This document shows, piece by piece, positions 53,185 to 64,000 of a stretch of DNA of 64,000 nt (position 1 is the stretch's first letter; each line of letters begins with the position of its first letter). Location: contig NC_043008.1 of the NCBI RefSeq assembly GCF_006345805.1, positions 59,458,001 to 59,522,000 of the forward strand, written 5' to 3'. The notes under the pieces are model-generated. The model had not been told where the DNA came from. It was given only the letters and a program-made list of their open reading frames with translations, and searched no databases. A program made the translations under genes and the position numbers. This DNA is from Octopus sinensis. Taxonomy: Eukaryota.

Positions 53185-53326
53185 ATGTCACCTGAATCTA
53201 CAGTAAATGTGGATAAGATCATACGGTCGCTGAATCAAACTGGACGCTTTAATATTTTTCAATACTTTCTCGTCAGTATAAATAATTTAGCCGTTGCCAG
53301 CAATGTCTTAGCTATTGTTTTCATCG
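53185..53326 (+). CDS. SLC22-family (organic cation/anion transporter-like) MFS transporter, first coding exon
   Basis: ATG...MSPESTVNVDKIIRSLNQTGRFNIFQYFLVSINNLAVASNVLAIVFI-G|gtgagt. Matches the SLC22 N-terminal D-x-I...G-R-F..Q motif plus TM1 ending VFIG; perfect donor, phase 1. Confidence 0.88.
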
Positions 53327-53809
53327 GTGAGTTTCCTATATTTTATTAATCCTGATATTATTGTTATGATACTAATTAAGACTGTTATAATTTCTTGGGG
53401 TAGTGGTATACCAGCTGCCCATAGTAATGTATTGAGGTTCATTAACTATGATCCCTTGTCCCTCTGTTTTTTTTTTATTTTATGTCTACGTTACAAATCA
53501 TGAATATCATTATTATTAGTATGTGTGTGTGTGTGTACGTGTGTGTGTGAGTATGTGAATATACATATACATATACATATACATATACGTGTGTGTGCGT
53601 ATCTTTTATCTTTAACTTATTTCAGTCATGTGACCGCTGCCATGCTGGCGTTCCGCCTTAAAGAGTTTTAGTTGAACAAATCAACCCTAGTATCGTTTTT
53701 CTTTTTTAAGTTTAGTACTTATTCTGTCGTTCTCTTTTGCCAAAACCGCAAACTGTTGTTAAATGGTGGGGTGTGACAGAGACAAAGACGAGCACAGATA
53801 TCATATATA

Positions 53810-53847
<38 letters not shown>

Positions 53848-53859
53848 CATACACACAGA

Positions 53860-54060
53860 CCTCGTGTGTACCGTTGGCGATTTTTTTCCCCTGTCTTCCC
53901 TTCTCGGGATCTTTCCTTCTCCTATGTTTCCGACGAAGAGCTCCGCTCGAAACCTTACTCCCTCCTTCTTCCCTTCTTTCCTGAGCGTCCAATAATACTA
54001 TATTTGTTCCACGTCCTCGCGTTGTTGTGTTTTTTGTGTTTTCTTGTTTGGATTAACTAT
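53860..54060 (+). mobile_element. Penelope-type pLTR, third family, with hammerhead-like motif (53924-53960)
   Basis: TTT-CCGACGA-A-GAGC-TCC-GCTC-GAAAC; a second copy lies inverted at 54870-54975. Confidence 0.55.
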
Positions 54061-54094
54061 ATATATATATATATGTATGTATGTATGTATATAT

Positions 54095-54393
54095 GGAGGT
54101 ACATGGCCTAGTGGTTAGAGCAGCGGACTCGCGGTCGAGGGATTGCGGGTTCGAATCTCAGACCGGGCGATGTGTGTGTTTATGAGCGAAGCACCTAAGC
54201 TCCACGCAGCTTCGGCTGAAGGTAATGGCGAACTTCTGCTGACTCTTTCGCCACAACTTTCTCTCACTCTTTCCTCCTACATCTTGCAGCTCCCTTGCGA
54301 CGGACCGGCGTCCCGTCAAGGTGGGGGCCCTATACGCCAAGGAAACCGGGAAACCGGCCCTAGTGAGCCAGGCGTGGCTCGAGAAGGAACAAG

Positions 54394-54397
<4 letters not shown>
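54095..54397 (+). mobile_element. SINE family C
   Basis: Homology to family C. Confidence 0.9.
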
Positions 54398-54468
<71 letters not shown>

Positions 54469-54869
54469 AGTTTCTTTTGTCTCGATACAAAATATGCTAC
54501 GCTTAACCCTTTGAGATTGAAACCAGTCATATCATACGCCAAATATTTACCTGTTTTATGTTCAAAGTGGCCAGACCTGGCCTCCCGCATCTATCCGCTA
54601 ATGCCGTTCTTAAAGATGAACAATCACATCTCGAAACTACATGATAATGCATGTGGTAAGAACCTTGCTGCCCAACCACATGGTTCTGGGTTCAGTCCAA
54701 CTGCATCGAACCTTGGGCAAGGTGATTTCTACTATAGCCTCGGGTCGACCAAGGCTTGTGAGTGAATTTGTCAGACGGAAACTGAAAAAAGTCTATTGTA
54801 TATATATATATATATAATTTTAATCCAAACGGGAAAACAAAAAAACAACAACAATGGAACAATTACAGT

Positions 54870-54975
54870 ATTATTATTAATAGGCGCTCAGGAAATGGAA
54901 GCAGGAGGGTATGACGTTTCGAGCGGAGCTCTTCGTCGGAAACATAAAGAAGGAAGAGAGAGGAAAGAAAGATCC
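54870..54975 (-). mobile_element. Penelope-type pLTR fragment, third family, hammerhead-like motif 54908-54946
   Basis: Reverse complement TATGTTT-CCGACGA-A-GAGC-TCC-GCTC-GAA-ACGT-C-ATACC. Confidence 0.55.
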
Positions 54976-55019
54976 CAAATATATATATGTGTGTGTGTGT
55001 GTATGTGTGTGTGTGTGTA

Positions 55020-55050
<31 letters not shown>

Positions 55051-55106
55051 ATATGCATGTATATATGTATGTATATATATATATATGTATGTATGTATGT
55101 ATATAT

Positions 55107-55470
55107 AATGTGGTAAGAAGCTTCCTTACCAACCACATGGCTTCGGGTTCAGTCACACTGCGTGGCACCTTAGATAAGTGTCTTCTGCTGTAGCCTGGCC
55201 GGCCAAAGCCTTGTGGGAGGATTTGGTAGACGGAAACTGAAAGAAGCCCGTCGTGTGTATGTATATATATATATGTATGTGTGTGTGTGTTTGTTTGTTT
55301 GTGTACGTGCCGTTGTTTCTGTGGCTGTACTCTCACCATCACTTGACAACCGATGTTGGTGTGTTTATGCCACCGTAACGTAGCGGTTCGGCAAAAGACA
55401 CCGATATAATAAGTACTTGGCTTACAAAGAATAAGTCCTGAGGTCGATTACTTCGACTAAAACACTTTAA
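55107..55470 (+). mobile_element. SINE family A
   Basis: Homology to family A copies. Other partial copies at ~18024-18228, 24721-24889, 44690-44850, 53600-53800 and 54640-54800. Confidence 0.85.
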
Positions 55471-55534
55471 GGCGCTTTTAGTCGAAGTAATCCGGCCCTG
55501 TATGTACCTACATCTAGCTATCTAACTATATGTG

Positions 55535-55598
<64 letters not shown>

Positions 55599-55863
55599 TG
55601 TTTATGTATATATATATACGTATATGTATATATATATATATATATGCACACACACACGGCCAGATTTACAGGGGTGCGGAGGGAGCAACTGCCGCAGTTA
55701 TCTGTTGATATTGGAGACCCCTGCAAGGAAGGGCTTGTAGCACTTAATACAGAACCCCACCACTACCACCACCTCCCAGCAATCAGGCATGAAAAGGCTC
55801 TCTTTCAATATACAAAATATCTTGGCTTCTTAAATAATGTAATGGATTCGCTTTTATGATAAA

Positions 55864-57025
55864 CGAGCAGCATAGCCCGGCGTTGCCCGGGTATGTAAGA
55901 GCCCCTAGTAGGCAACGACTAATCCCAATCTAGTCCTTTCCCTCTAGGGAACGAAGACGCATGTGTAGGTTGCAATGTCTTCTCTTCACTCCCAAATAAC
56001 TATCAAACAGCTATCGATAATTCAACCCAACCAATTCCTACCAGGAAGAAATTACATTCGAGACTTTACCCCCAACACCGCCACTTCTGCAAATAGCTAC
56101 TGCAGCCGCAAGTTATTCGAATACTTTTTTTGTTTAAACTTTCTTTATAACTACCACCCCAAACGTTTTACCTTAAATTTTTGACGTACCCTAAGGGTCC
56201 TTGGACGCTAATTGCAAACTCTTGGTTTATTATAAACCGCTTTTGTCGTGTGCACCAAAAAACCTTTTCCATTCGTTTGTTCAGTTTGGTCGCTTTTGAC
56301 TTTTTCGTTGTTGTCACTCACATTGCTGCCCGCATTTTTGCCGTTTTTGTACATTTTAATACATTTTGGGATACTTACCCCACGTTTCCCGAGAGTTAAA
56401 AAGGTCAAGTTGCGTCCCCTAGACTGTCTGTGGTTTGTGTTTAATACACAAATCGGTTTGCTATGTGTGCCACATATGATTTAATTAACCGATTTTTTCC
56501 AGTAATAAAGTATCCTATTGGAATAAAAAGGGCCATATAGCTCCTTGGAGCAGACATGATGCTCGCTGTGAATTTTTAAAAAATCCTGCCAATTTGTGAA
56601 AGATATTGTCGAAAATATGTCATCTTGAATTTGAACGCAATTTCCCAAAATGGCATGATTTTATCGATTTTTTCTGATGGTAAGGTATTGCATGGAAAAC
56701 TAACGTCAGAATTAAGTTTCTTAGGGTAACATTTAGCTTCACCATGAGTTTGGTGAAAATCGATTGCAAGTTGCGAAAACTACAACAGAAAATGTGTTGC
56801 ATATAAAAAGCTTAGATTCTCGACCCCATGTCGAATTTATCGATTTTTTTCAGAAGTGGGGGAACTTTTCAAAATTTTCGCTGCGTTAGTTTTGAATTAT
56901 GACATTGGGCTATGTGTGTGTCAAGTTTCATCAGAATCGGTTGAAAACCGTAGTCAGGGTGAGGGTACAACCTGACAGACACACAGACACACAGACAGAC
57001 AAACTGCCGTTTATATAGAGAGAGA
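55864..57025 (-). mobile_element. Non-autonomous Helitron, long (~1.16 kb) variant of the same family
   Basis: A|TC start at 57025; shares the 5' ~200 bp and an internal block with the 370-bp copies; 3' hairpin CCCGGGCAACGCCGGG then CTCG|T (variant of CTAG). Confidence 0.8.
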
Positions 57026-57195
57026 TGAGAATAGATTTTGTCACCTTAGAGACATCATTTAATTCAATTAGAAAGCAGTTTACTACCCACTCCCAAAGCG
57101 GCTTCCAGTTCCTAAGGGAATTGTTGCTTCTTTGGGGACAATGACAGAGAAAAGGGAAACTTTTGAAAATGTATGTATGTATCTATGTATATATA

Positions 57196-57242
<47 letters not shown>

Positions 57243-57592
57243 AAGAGATTGAGTGTAAGAAGTTAGTGTCTCTCAACCAGATTCCTTTTTCAATGCATCA
57301 CTGAGCAATGACCTTAGCTTGACCGATCACAGTTAACGGGACACATACACGCACACGCATACATACACACACTCACACACATTTCCACGTGAGGCATTGA
57401 AAACTGGTCTTATTTTATGAAACAAGTAAAGAAATGTTCATCGTTGAGAGTAAAAATTGATCAGTATAGTTTACGTTGTTCATGTTGAAGCTGTGAGTTT
57501 GAAACAGGTGACAGGTTTCTTTTTTTCTTTTTTTCAAGAAATTTTTCTTCAAATTTGACCCGATTGTAATTGAGGTTACTAATAAAATATTT

Positions 57593-57910
57593 GTGGAGGC
57601 ACATGGCCAAGTGGTTAAAGCAGCGGACTCGCGGTCTAGGGATCACGGGTTCGAATCTCAGACCGGGCGATGTGTTTATAAGCGAAACACTTAAGCTACA
57701 CGCGGCTCCGGCAGAAGGTAATGGCTAACTTCTGCTGACTCTTTCGCCACAACCTTCTCTCACTTTTTTCCTCCTGCATCTTGCAGCTCATCTGTGACGG
57801 ACTGGCGTCCCGAGCAGGTGGGGAACCTATATACTAAGGTAACCCCAAGGAACCTCGGAAACCGGCCCTATGAGCCAAGTGTGGATCGAGAAGGAACAAA
57901 CAACAACAAC
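57593..57910 (+). mobile_element. SINE family C
   Basis: 12-bp TSD AATAAAATATTT. Confidence 0.92.
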
Positions 57911-58458
57911 AATAAAATATTTGGATAATTTTTGGTGTTTAACCATCAATATTCTTTTCTCTGATTCTATACCAATTTCTTTTTTCAAAATTAATATCTT
58001 ATTTCATAATCTTCAAGTTTAAAAAAGAAAATGTCTGAATTGAGGCAAAATGAGTAATGACTAATTTTAGTAATTATTTCTCTTTAACTGCATGGTGCAT
58101 AAATATATAAGGAAGAAAGCTACTTCAGCAGTTCGCAAAGAAGCATGGAGAATATTTTATGTTGAATTTTTAGATTTTGTTGGGTTTCATTAATTTCATA
58201 TCATGTATGCTATTTTTCCACGACCCTCTTTCTTGTGACCATGATATTTTATATTTTTGGTGTATTTCTTATCTTTCTGATGTCAAAGGATGGATGTTCA
58301 TGTGTATGAATCTTTTTTCAAAAGTAATTCTCAAGAACTAGAGACGCAAAGTTATTTTATCATGTCTTACTCATTTTGCCCCGCCTAAATTTGATTTTTT
58401 TTTTTTTTATGCTCAAAGAGAACAGTGATAATTTTCTGAAATAGTGTTCTTAATGTTA

Positions 58459-58708
58459 GGTACTATTTAAGAAGAGTGGTCCCTGTGCGCGCATCCGCGC
58501 TAGCCCGTCGTGACTAGTCGATCCTACGACTACCTAGCAAAGTAAATAAAACAAAATAAATAATTTTTTTACACAAAGTAAATAATTTTTTAAACAAAGT
58601 AAATAAAACACAAAGACACAAAGTAAGGATCGACTAGTCACGACTAGCTAGCGCGGATACGCGAGTACACGATTGCACGCACCGGGACCACTCTTCTTAA
58701 ATAGTGCC
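58459..58708. mobile_element. MITE with long imperfect TIRs and 9-bp TSD
   Basis: GGTACTATTTAAGAAGAGTGGTCCC...GGGACCACTCTTCTTAAATAGTGCC, with inner inverted block ATCCGCGCTAG..GACTAGTCGATCCT; TSD TTAATGTTA/TCAATGTTA (Mutator- or Merlin-like). Confidence 0.88.
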
Positions 58709-59430
58709 TCAATGTTATAGGTCTTACGGCATTTAGAGAAGGTCTTTACTTCGCTGACATAGTTTTGGAAAGTTAGTAAATTTTTGTAAAAACAATTTTT
58801 TCTTCAAAGCCAAAAATGCAGTAAAAATTACTCATTGTCTCCAACCTGCCCCTGCAGGAAACTGGAAAAGCACACTTTCGGAAAAAGCTGTTTGAATTTT
58901 CCCGTTTTTGTCGGGATTTCCCCCCACCTTTTTTCACGCATTGCAAAACAATAAAGAGAAGCCATTTTAAAAGAAGAATTTTTTAAAACCTTGTCTTTTA
59001 AATGTAGGTGTCCCCACTCACCCCCTCACACACACACACATCGTGCCTTTTGAATAGCAACCACAAAAATGATTTTTTTTTTCTTTTTCATAATTTTCTG
59101 TCATTTTATCTTATTCTATATTCTGAAACATTTGTAATTCGCATTGAAAGGGGGAAAAAAAATCATACCCCCTTCTTACCCACTTCTTGGTACTTTTCAC
59201 AAAGAAGGAAAAATCAAACATCACAAGTGGATGAGTGAACAACGAAATATGAATTTTGAAAAGTGTATCTATAAAGCGACATTTTCTGTCCTCTTTTAAA
59301 ACTTTCTCTGCTAACTCATCAAATTCAATAACATGAAATAGGTGGAAGTTTCAGATTTAAATTTGGTAATTTTCTAAGGTTTTAATTCTTGTGTATAAAA
59401 GGACCATCGAACTTGAAGTGCCCCCCACCC

Positions 59431-59484
<54 letters not shown>

Positions 59485-59489
59485 CATAT

Positions 59490-59531
<42 letters not shown>

Positions 59532-59538
59532 CATATAT

Positions 59539-59930
59539 AGGCGCAGGAGTGGCTGTGTGGTAAGTAGCTTGTTTACCAACCACATGACTCCAGGTTCAGT
59601 CCCACTGCGTGGCATCTTGGGAAAGTGTCCCCTACTATAGCCTCGGACCGACTAAAGCCTTGTGAGTGGATTTGGTAGACGGAAGCTGAAAGAAGCCCGT
59701 CGTATATATGTATGTATGTGTATATATGCTTGTGTGTCTGTGTTTGTCTCCCCACCGTCGCTTGACAAGTGATGGTGGTGTGTTTACGTCCCCGTAACTT
59801 AACAGTTCGTGAAAAAGTACTGATAGAATAAGTACTAGGCTTACAAAGAATAAGTCCTGGGGTCGATTTGCACGACTTAAGGCGGTGCTCCAGCAAGGCC
59901 GCAGTCAAATGACTGAAACAAGTAAAAGAG
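59539..59930 (+). mobile_element. SINE family A, full length
   Basis: Homology to family A copies. Confidence 0.9.
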
Positions 59931-60095
59931 TATACATATATATAGTAAGCAAACTTATAAGCGCCCAGTGTGTCGGTATTCTACAGAAAATAGAAGAATC
60001 CTCGAACGCAGGAGGGCTGTGAAGGCAGCTTAGAAAATTGGATAGATACCTGTTAGAAGACGGGGAAAAAGGTAAGTAAACCTCCACAGGGAAAA

Positions 60096-60468
60096 TCTTC
60101 TCTCTATATATAAACGGCAGTTTGTCTGTGTGTGTTTCTGTGTGTCTGTTAGGTTGTACTCTCACCCTAACCACGGCTTTCAACCGATTCTGATGAAACT
60201 TGACACACACATAGCCCAATGTCATAATTCAAAACTAACGCAGCGAAAAGTTTGAAAAGTTCCCCCAGTTCTGAAAAAAATCGATAAATTCGACATGGGG
60301 TCGAGAATCAGAAACACAAACCACAGACTGTCTAGGGGACGCAACTCGACCTTTTTAACTAAAAAAAATTTACCATCATTTTTTTTCCATTTTTTGGCTA
60401 TAACTCTCTAAAAATGCTTTATAGTTATTTCCCGTACAAACCCGAGCAACGCCGGGCGATACTGCTAG
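60096..60468 (+). mobile_element. Non-autonomous Helitron
   Basis: A|TC 5' end, 3' hairpin CCCGAGCAACGCCGGG followed by CTAG|T, no TSD; near-identical to 61130-61499. Confidence 0.88.
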
Positions 60469-60712
60469 TATATATATAAGTTTGCTTACTACGTTAAGTA
60501 TATACCTCTCCCTTAAAAGAGAACGGCTTTGACCCTATAACCACTTGGTAAGTCATTACTGAAGGTGAAGAGTTATACACCAACAATATCGACAAATCTT
60601 ACTCTATCAATCATTAACCTGAATTTTGCACGTAGTAAACTTCAAAGTAAGCAGCATCAATTTCAAGCATCTTCTTTCTGTTTTGATTTTTGTTTTTCCG
60701 TATTTACTTTAG

Positions 60713-60945
60713 GTGTTTATCCGGATTTTCAATGTCGTCCGTACGATAACAGCAGTGTTTGGCCAAAGGAGATAGAAAATTATACGAAATACGACTATGC
60801 GGATCGTAAACATTGGATTGAATACGGAGAATGTGCTGTGGACGTAGTGTCTGTGGAAAATGATACGAAATCGAAAGTTCTTTCGTTGCCCTGCACAAAT
60901 GGCTACATCTATAATGAGTCCAAGGATAACTCGTTTGTATCAGAG
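60713..60945 (+). CDS. SLC22-family transporter, second coding exon (large first extracellular loop)
   Basis: tatttactttag|GT GTT TAT...TCA GAG|gtgaga, phase compatible with exon 1. Encodes GVYPDFQC...EC...LPCTNGYIY...SFVSE (3 Cys; sequons NSS, NYT, NDT, NES), ending where W-D-L-V-C normally follows. Remaining exons not found in the window. Confidence 0.9.
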
Positions 60946-61129
60946 GTGAGATTTACTACTAATATATATATTTAAAAAATAACTGAAATGTTAGTGGTTT
61001 GTGAGACATATATAAGACGAATGGAAAGGAACGAAAAGGGAGAACACTCTTCCAAATAAATGTATGTGCAAAATAATAATGTACTACATACAAAATGCAC
61101 GCACAGACATGCACACGCATTTAGGTATA

Positions 61130-61499
61130 TCTCTCTATATATAAACGGCAGTTTGTCTGTGTGTCTGTTTGCTTGTACCCTCACCCTGACCACGGCTTTC
61201 AACTGATTCTGATGAAACTTGACACACACATAGCCCAATGTCATAATTCAAAACTAACGCAGCGAAAATTTTTAAAAGTTCCCCCAGTTCTGAAAAATAT
61301 CGATAAATTCGACATGGGGTCGAGAATCAGAAACACAAACCGCAAACTGTCTAGGGGACGCAACTCGACCTTTTTAACTAAAAAAAAAATTTACCATCAT
61401 TTGTTTCCATTTTTTTGCAATTTTTTGGCTATAACTCTCTAAAAATGCTTTATAGTTATTTCCCTTACAAACCTGAGCAACGCCGGGCGATACTGCTAG
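61130..61499 (+). mobile_element. Non-autonomous Helitron, second copy
   Basis: A|TCTCTCTATATATAAACGGCAG ... CCTGAGCAACGCCGGGCGATACTGCTAG|T. Confidence 0.88.
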
Positions 61500-61810
61500 T
61501 AATTTATATATATGTGTACATATGTATGTATGAGTGAGTTTGTGCATATACATACGTATGCGTACGGCATGTGTGTGTGTGTGTGTGTTTATGTATGGTT
61601 GTCTCTGATGATGGAATATCCCATACGCGAGGATATCCCAGAAACAGCTGTAAGATTTTGAATTTCTTCCTGTAACAATATTGTATATGACTTGAGATGT
61701 TTGATGTCCTGTTTAACAATTATATGCATATGCATGTGTATGTGAAGAGATGTAAAAATGTGTATCAATGTATATATGTATATATATATATATATATATT
61801 GTGAGACGTG

Positions 61811-61870
<60 letters not shown>

Positions 61871-62727
61871 TGCGTATTTTTCCATCATTTTCTGTTAAAA
61901 TGTCTTATTGATGAGCTTCATTTCTTCATTTCCCTGAAGAGAAGATTACATTGTTTTACACCATTTTATTCCTTTGGAATAATACCAGTGATATCTTCGA
62001 AACATGTGTCGGAAGTAAAAGAATTTGAATAACACCTGCGTTTAACTCCATATATATATATATATATATATAAATTGGATGGATGGGTGCATGCATGGAT
62101 ACGAAGGTGGCGAGCGAGCTGGCAGAATCGCTCAAATGCTGCTGTCGACTTTGCTTTGATCCTTTCAGGTTTGATAAAATAAGTACCAGTAGAAATTCTG
62201 GGGAAGGAGGATCGATGTAATCGACTTAGCCCTTTTTGACATTGTACCAAAATTTGAAAACAGTATACATATGTACGTGTATGTACATATGTGTGTGTGT
62301 GTGTGTATGCAGCAGTAGGTATATGTTTTGTATACATATATATGTGTATCTGTGTGTGTGAATATTCATGTACGCATGAGCGTGTACGTACGTGTGCATG
62401 TACATAGGTAGATCTGTGTGTGCATATGCGTGTATGAATATAATCGTGTATCTGAATTCGTGTGAATACGTGTGAATATATTCTGGGCTACCGTCGACCA
62501 GAGTTGACTACATATATCTATTCCAGTGTGTGCAAATCTAAGCAATTTATATTTTGTGGAAAACTAGCAGTCGTTCATGCATTCAAGTCTTCAATCCGTG
62601 TTGTCCAAAGTAAAGGGTATTCTTAAATGCTAGTATAACTTTTGCCAATATCATCACAGGTGCTGCCATCAGATCAAGCAGAATATCTCATCCGATGCTG
62701 GGCTGGTATTTTTTTATTGTTATTCAA

Positions 62728-62899
62728 TGGCGTAGGAGTGGCTGTGTAGTAAGTAGCTTGTTTACCAACCACATGGTTCCGGGTTCAGTCCCACTGCGTG
62801 GCACCTTGGGCAAGTGTCTTCTACTATAGCCTCGGGCCGGCCAAAGCCTTGTGATTGGATGTGGTAGGCGGAAACTGAAAGAAGCCCATCGTATATATG

Positions 62900-62967
<68 letters not shown>

Positions 62968-63208
62968 TGTGGTGTGTGTGTGTGTGTGTATGTTTGTGTG
63001 TCTGTGTTTGTCCCGCCCCCCAACATCGCTTGACAACCGATGCTGGTGTGTTTACGTCCACGTAACTTAGCAGTTCTACAAAAGAGACCGATAGAATAAG
63101 TTTTAGGCTTACAAAGAATAAGTCCAGGGATCGATTTGCTCGACTAAAGGCGGTGCTCCAGCATGGCCACAGTCAAATGACTGAAACATGTAAAAGAGTA
63201 AAAAGAGT
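62728..63208 (+). mobile_element. SINE family A, full length, expanded internal (TG)n
   Basis: Homology to family A copies. Confidence 0.9.
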
Positions 63209-63450
63209 ATTTAATCAGACCCCGAAACTATGAAGAGCTAAGTGTACCTTAGCGGGATTAAACTCAGTGTGCAGAGTGTCGGAAATATTTCCACCAAGTA
63301 TTGTACTCTACTCTCAGATGCGATCGTGACTTATTGAGTGGCACACCTGATGATGACTTGTTTCTCATGCGGTCCGCTTCTCGAAAACGGTTGCCCATGA
63401 CTGTTCTAAAGATTCGATTGCGTGTGTGGGAGTACGTGTATATGTATGTG

Positions 63451-64000
63451 TTGAAAGATACAGAAATAATTTTTTTAATTCTCAAACGCGTGATGATGCT
63501 AATAAAATTAGCGTGAACAGGATAAATTATCCATACGTTGCAGAAAAATACGTTACCGGCCAACCATGAGACTCGAACTTACATCCCTGTGATTACGCGC
63601 CAAGTGCTTTACCATTAAGCTAAACTGCCCATTAATGAATTCGTCTGCAATTTTAGAATTTATAAATTTAGCTTCATAAGACGCTAGCGTTAAATTCAAC
63701 TTACAATGGAAGTCAACAAAGTTTGTTTTAGAAGCTTTCAGATGTATTGAAAGATACAGAAATAAGTTTTTTATTCTCAAACGCGTGATATGGATAATTT
63801 ATCCTGTTCACGCTATTTTATTAGCCTTATCACGCGTTTGAGAATAAAAAAAACTATTTCTGTATCTTTCAATACATCTCAACGCTTCTAAAACAAACTT
63901 TGTTTGTTTACTTTCATCGTAAGTTGAATTTAACGTTAGCGTCTTATGAAGCTAAATTTATAAGTTCTAAAATTGCAAAATAATTCATTACTGGGCAGTT
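63451..64000. repeat. ~296-bp tandem unit followed by an inverted copy (fold-back)
   Basis: TTGAAAGATACAGAAATAA at 63451 and 63747; 63623-63790 is inverted at 63828-64000. Confidence 0.85.
63558..63629 (-). pseudogene. tRNA-Thr(CGT)-like pseudogene or repeat-embedded tRNA-like sequence
   Basis: D stem GCTT/AAGC, CGT at the anticodon position, GTTCGAGTC B box; mismatches in the acceptor, anticodon and T stems. Confidence 0.55.

Noticed and set aside
63558-63629. Functional tRNA-Thr gene
   Set aside because: Mismatches in the acceptor, anticodon and T stems, and G at position 33; treated as a pseudogene or repeat.

Overview
AT-rich, microsatellite-dense animal genomic DNA, very likely an octopus. 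The evidence is an exon encoding SNGYLALPRQ-G-R, which matches my recollection of the Octopus small cardioactive peptide-related peptide, and an interspersed repeat landscape typical of coleoid cephalopods. Three protein-coding loci are supported, all on the + strand. (1) The small cardioactive peptide (SCP/sCAP) precursor has coding exons at 28121-28304 and 31383-31393; I could not locate its signal-peptide exon. (2) An orphan ~540-575 aa ORF at 37131/37259-38878 carries three TQT (LC8-type) motifs and SILK-like plus RVxF (PP1-type) docking motifs. (3) The first two coding exons of an SLC22-family transporter lie at 53185-53326 and 60713-60945, and the gene runs off the window end. Most other sequence is transposon-derived: several modular tRNA-derived SINE families, Penelope-like elements carrying minimal hammerhead-ribozyme motifs, non-autonomous Helitrons, L1/Tx1 and RTE LINE remnants, a maT/Tc1-mariner remnant, and mariner-, piggyBac- and GG-terminal MITEs. 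Most short ORFs in the supplied track are microsatellite or SINE artefacts. Repeat boundaries were read by eye and are approximate unless a TSD or terminus is quoted. Family names come from remembered motifs, not database searches.
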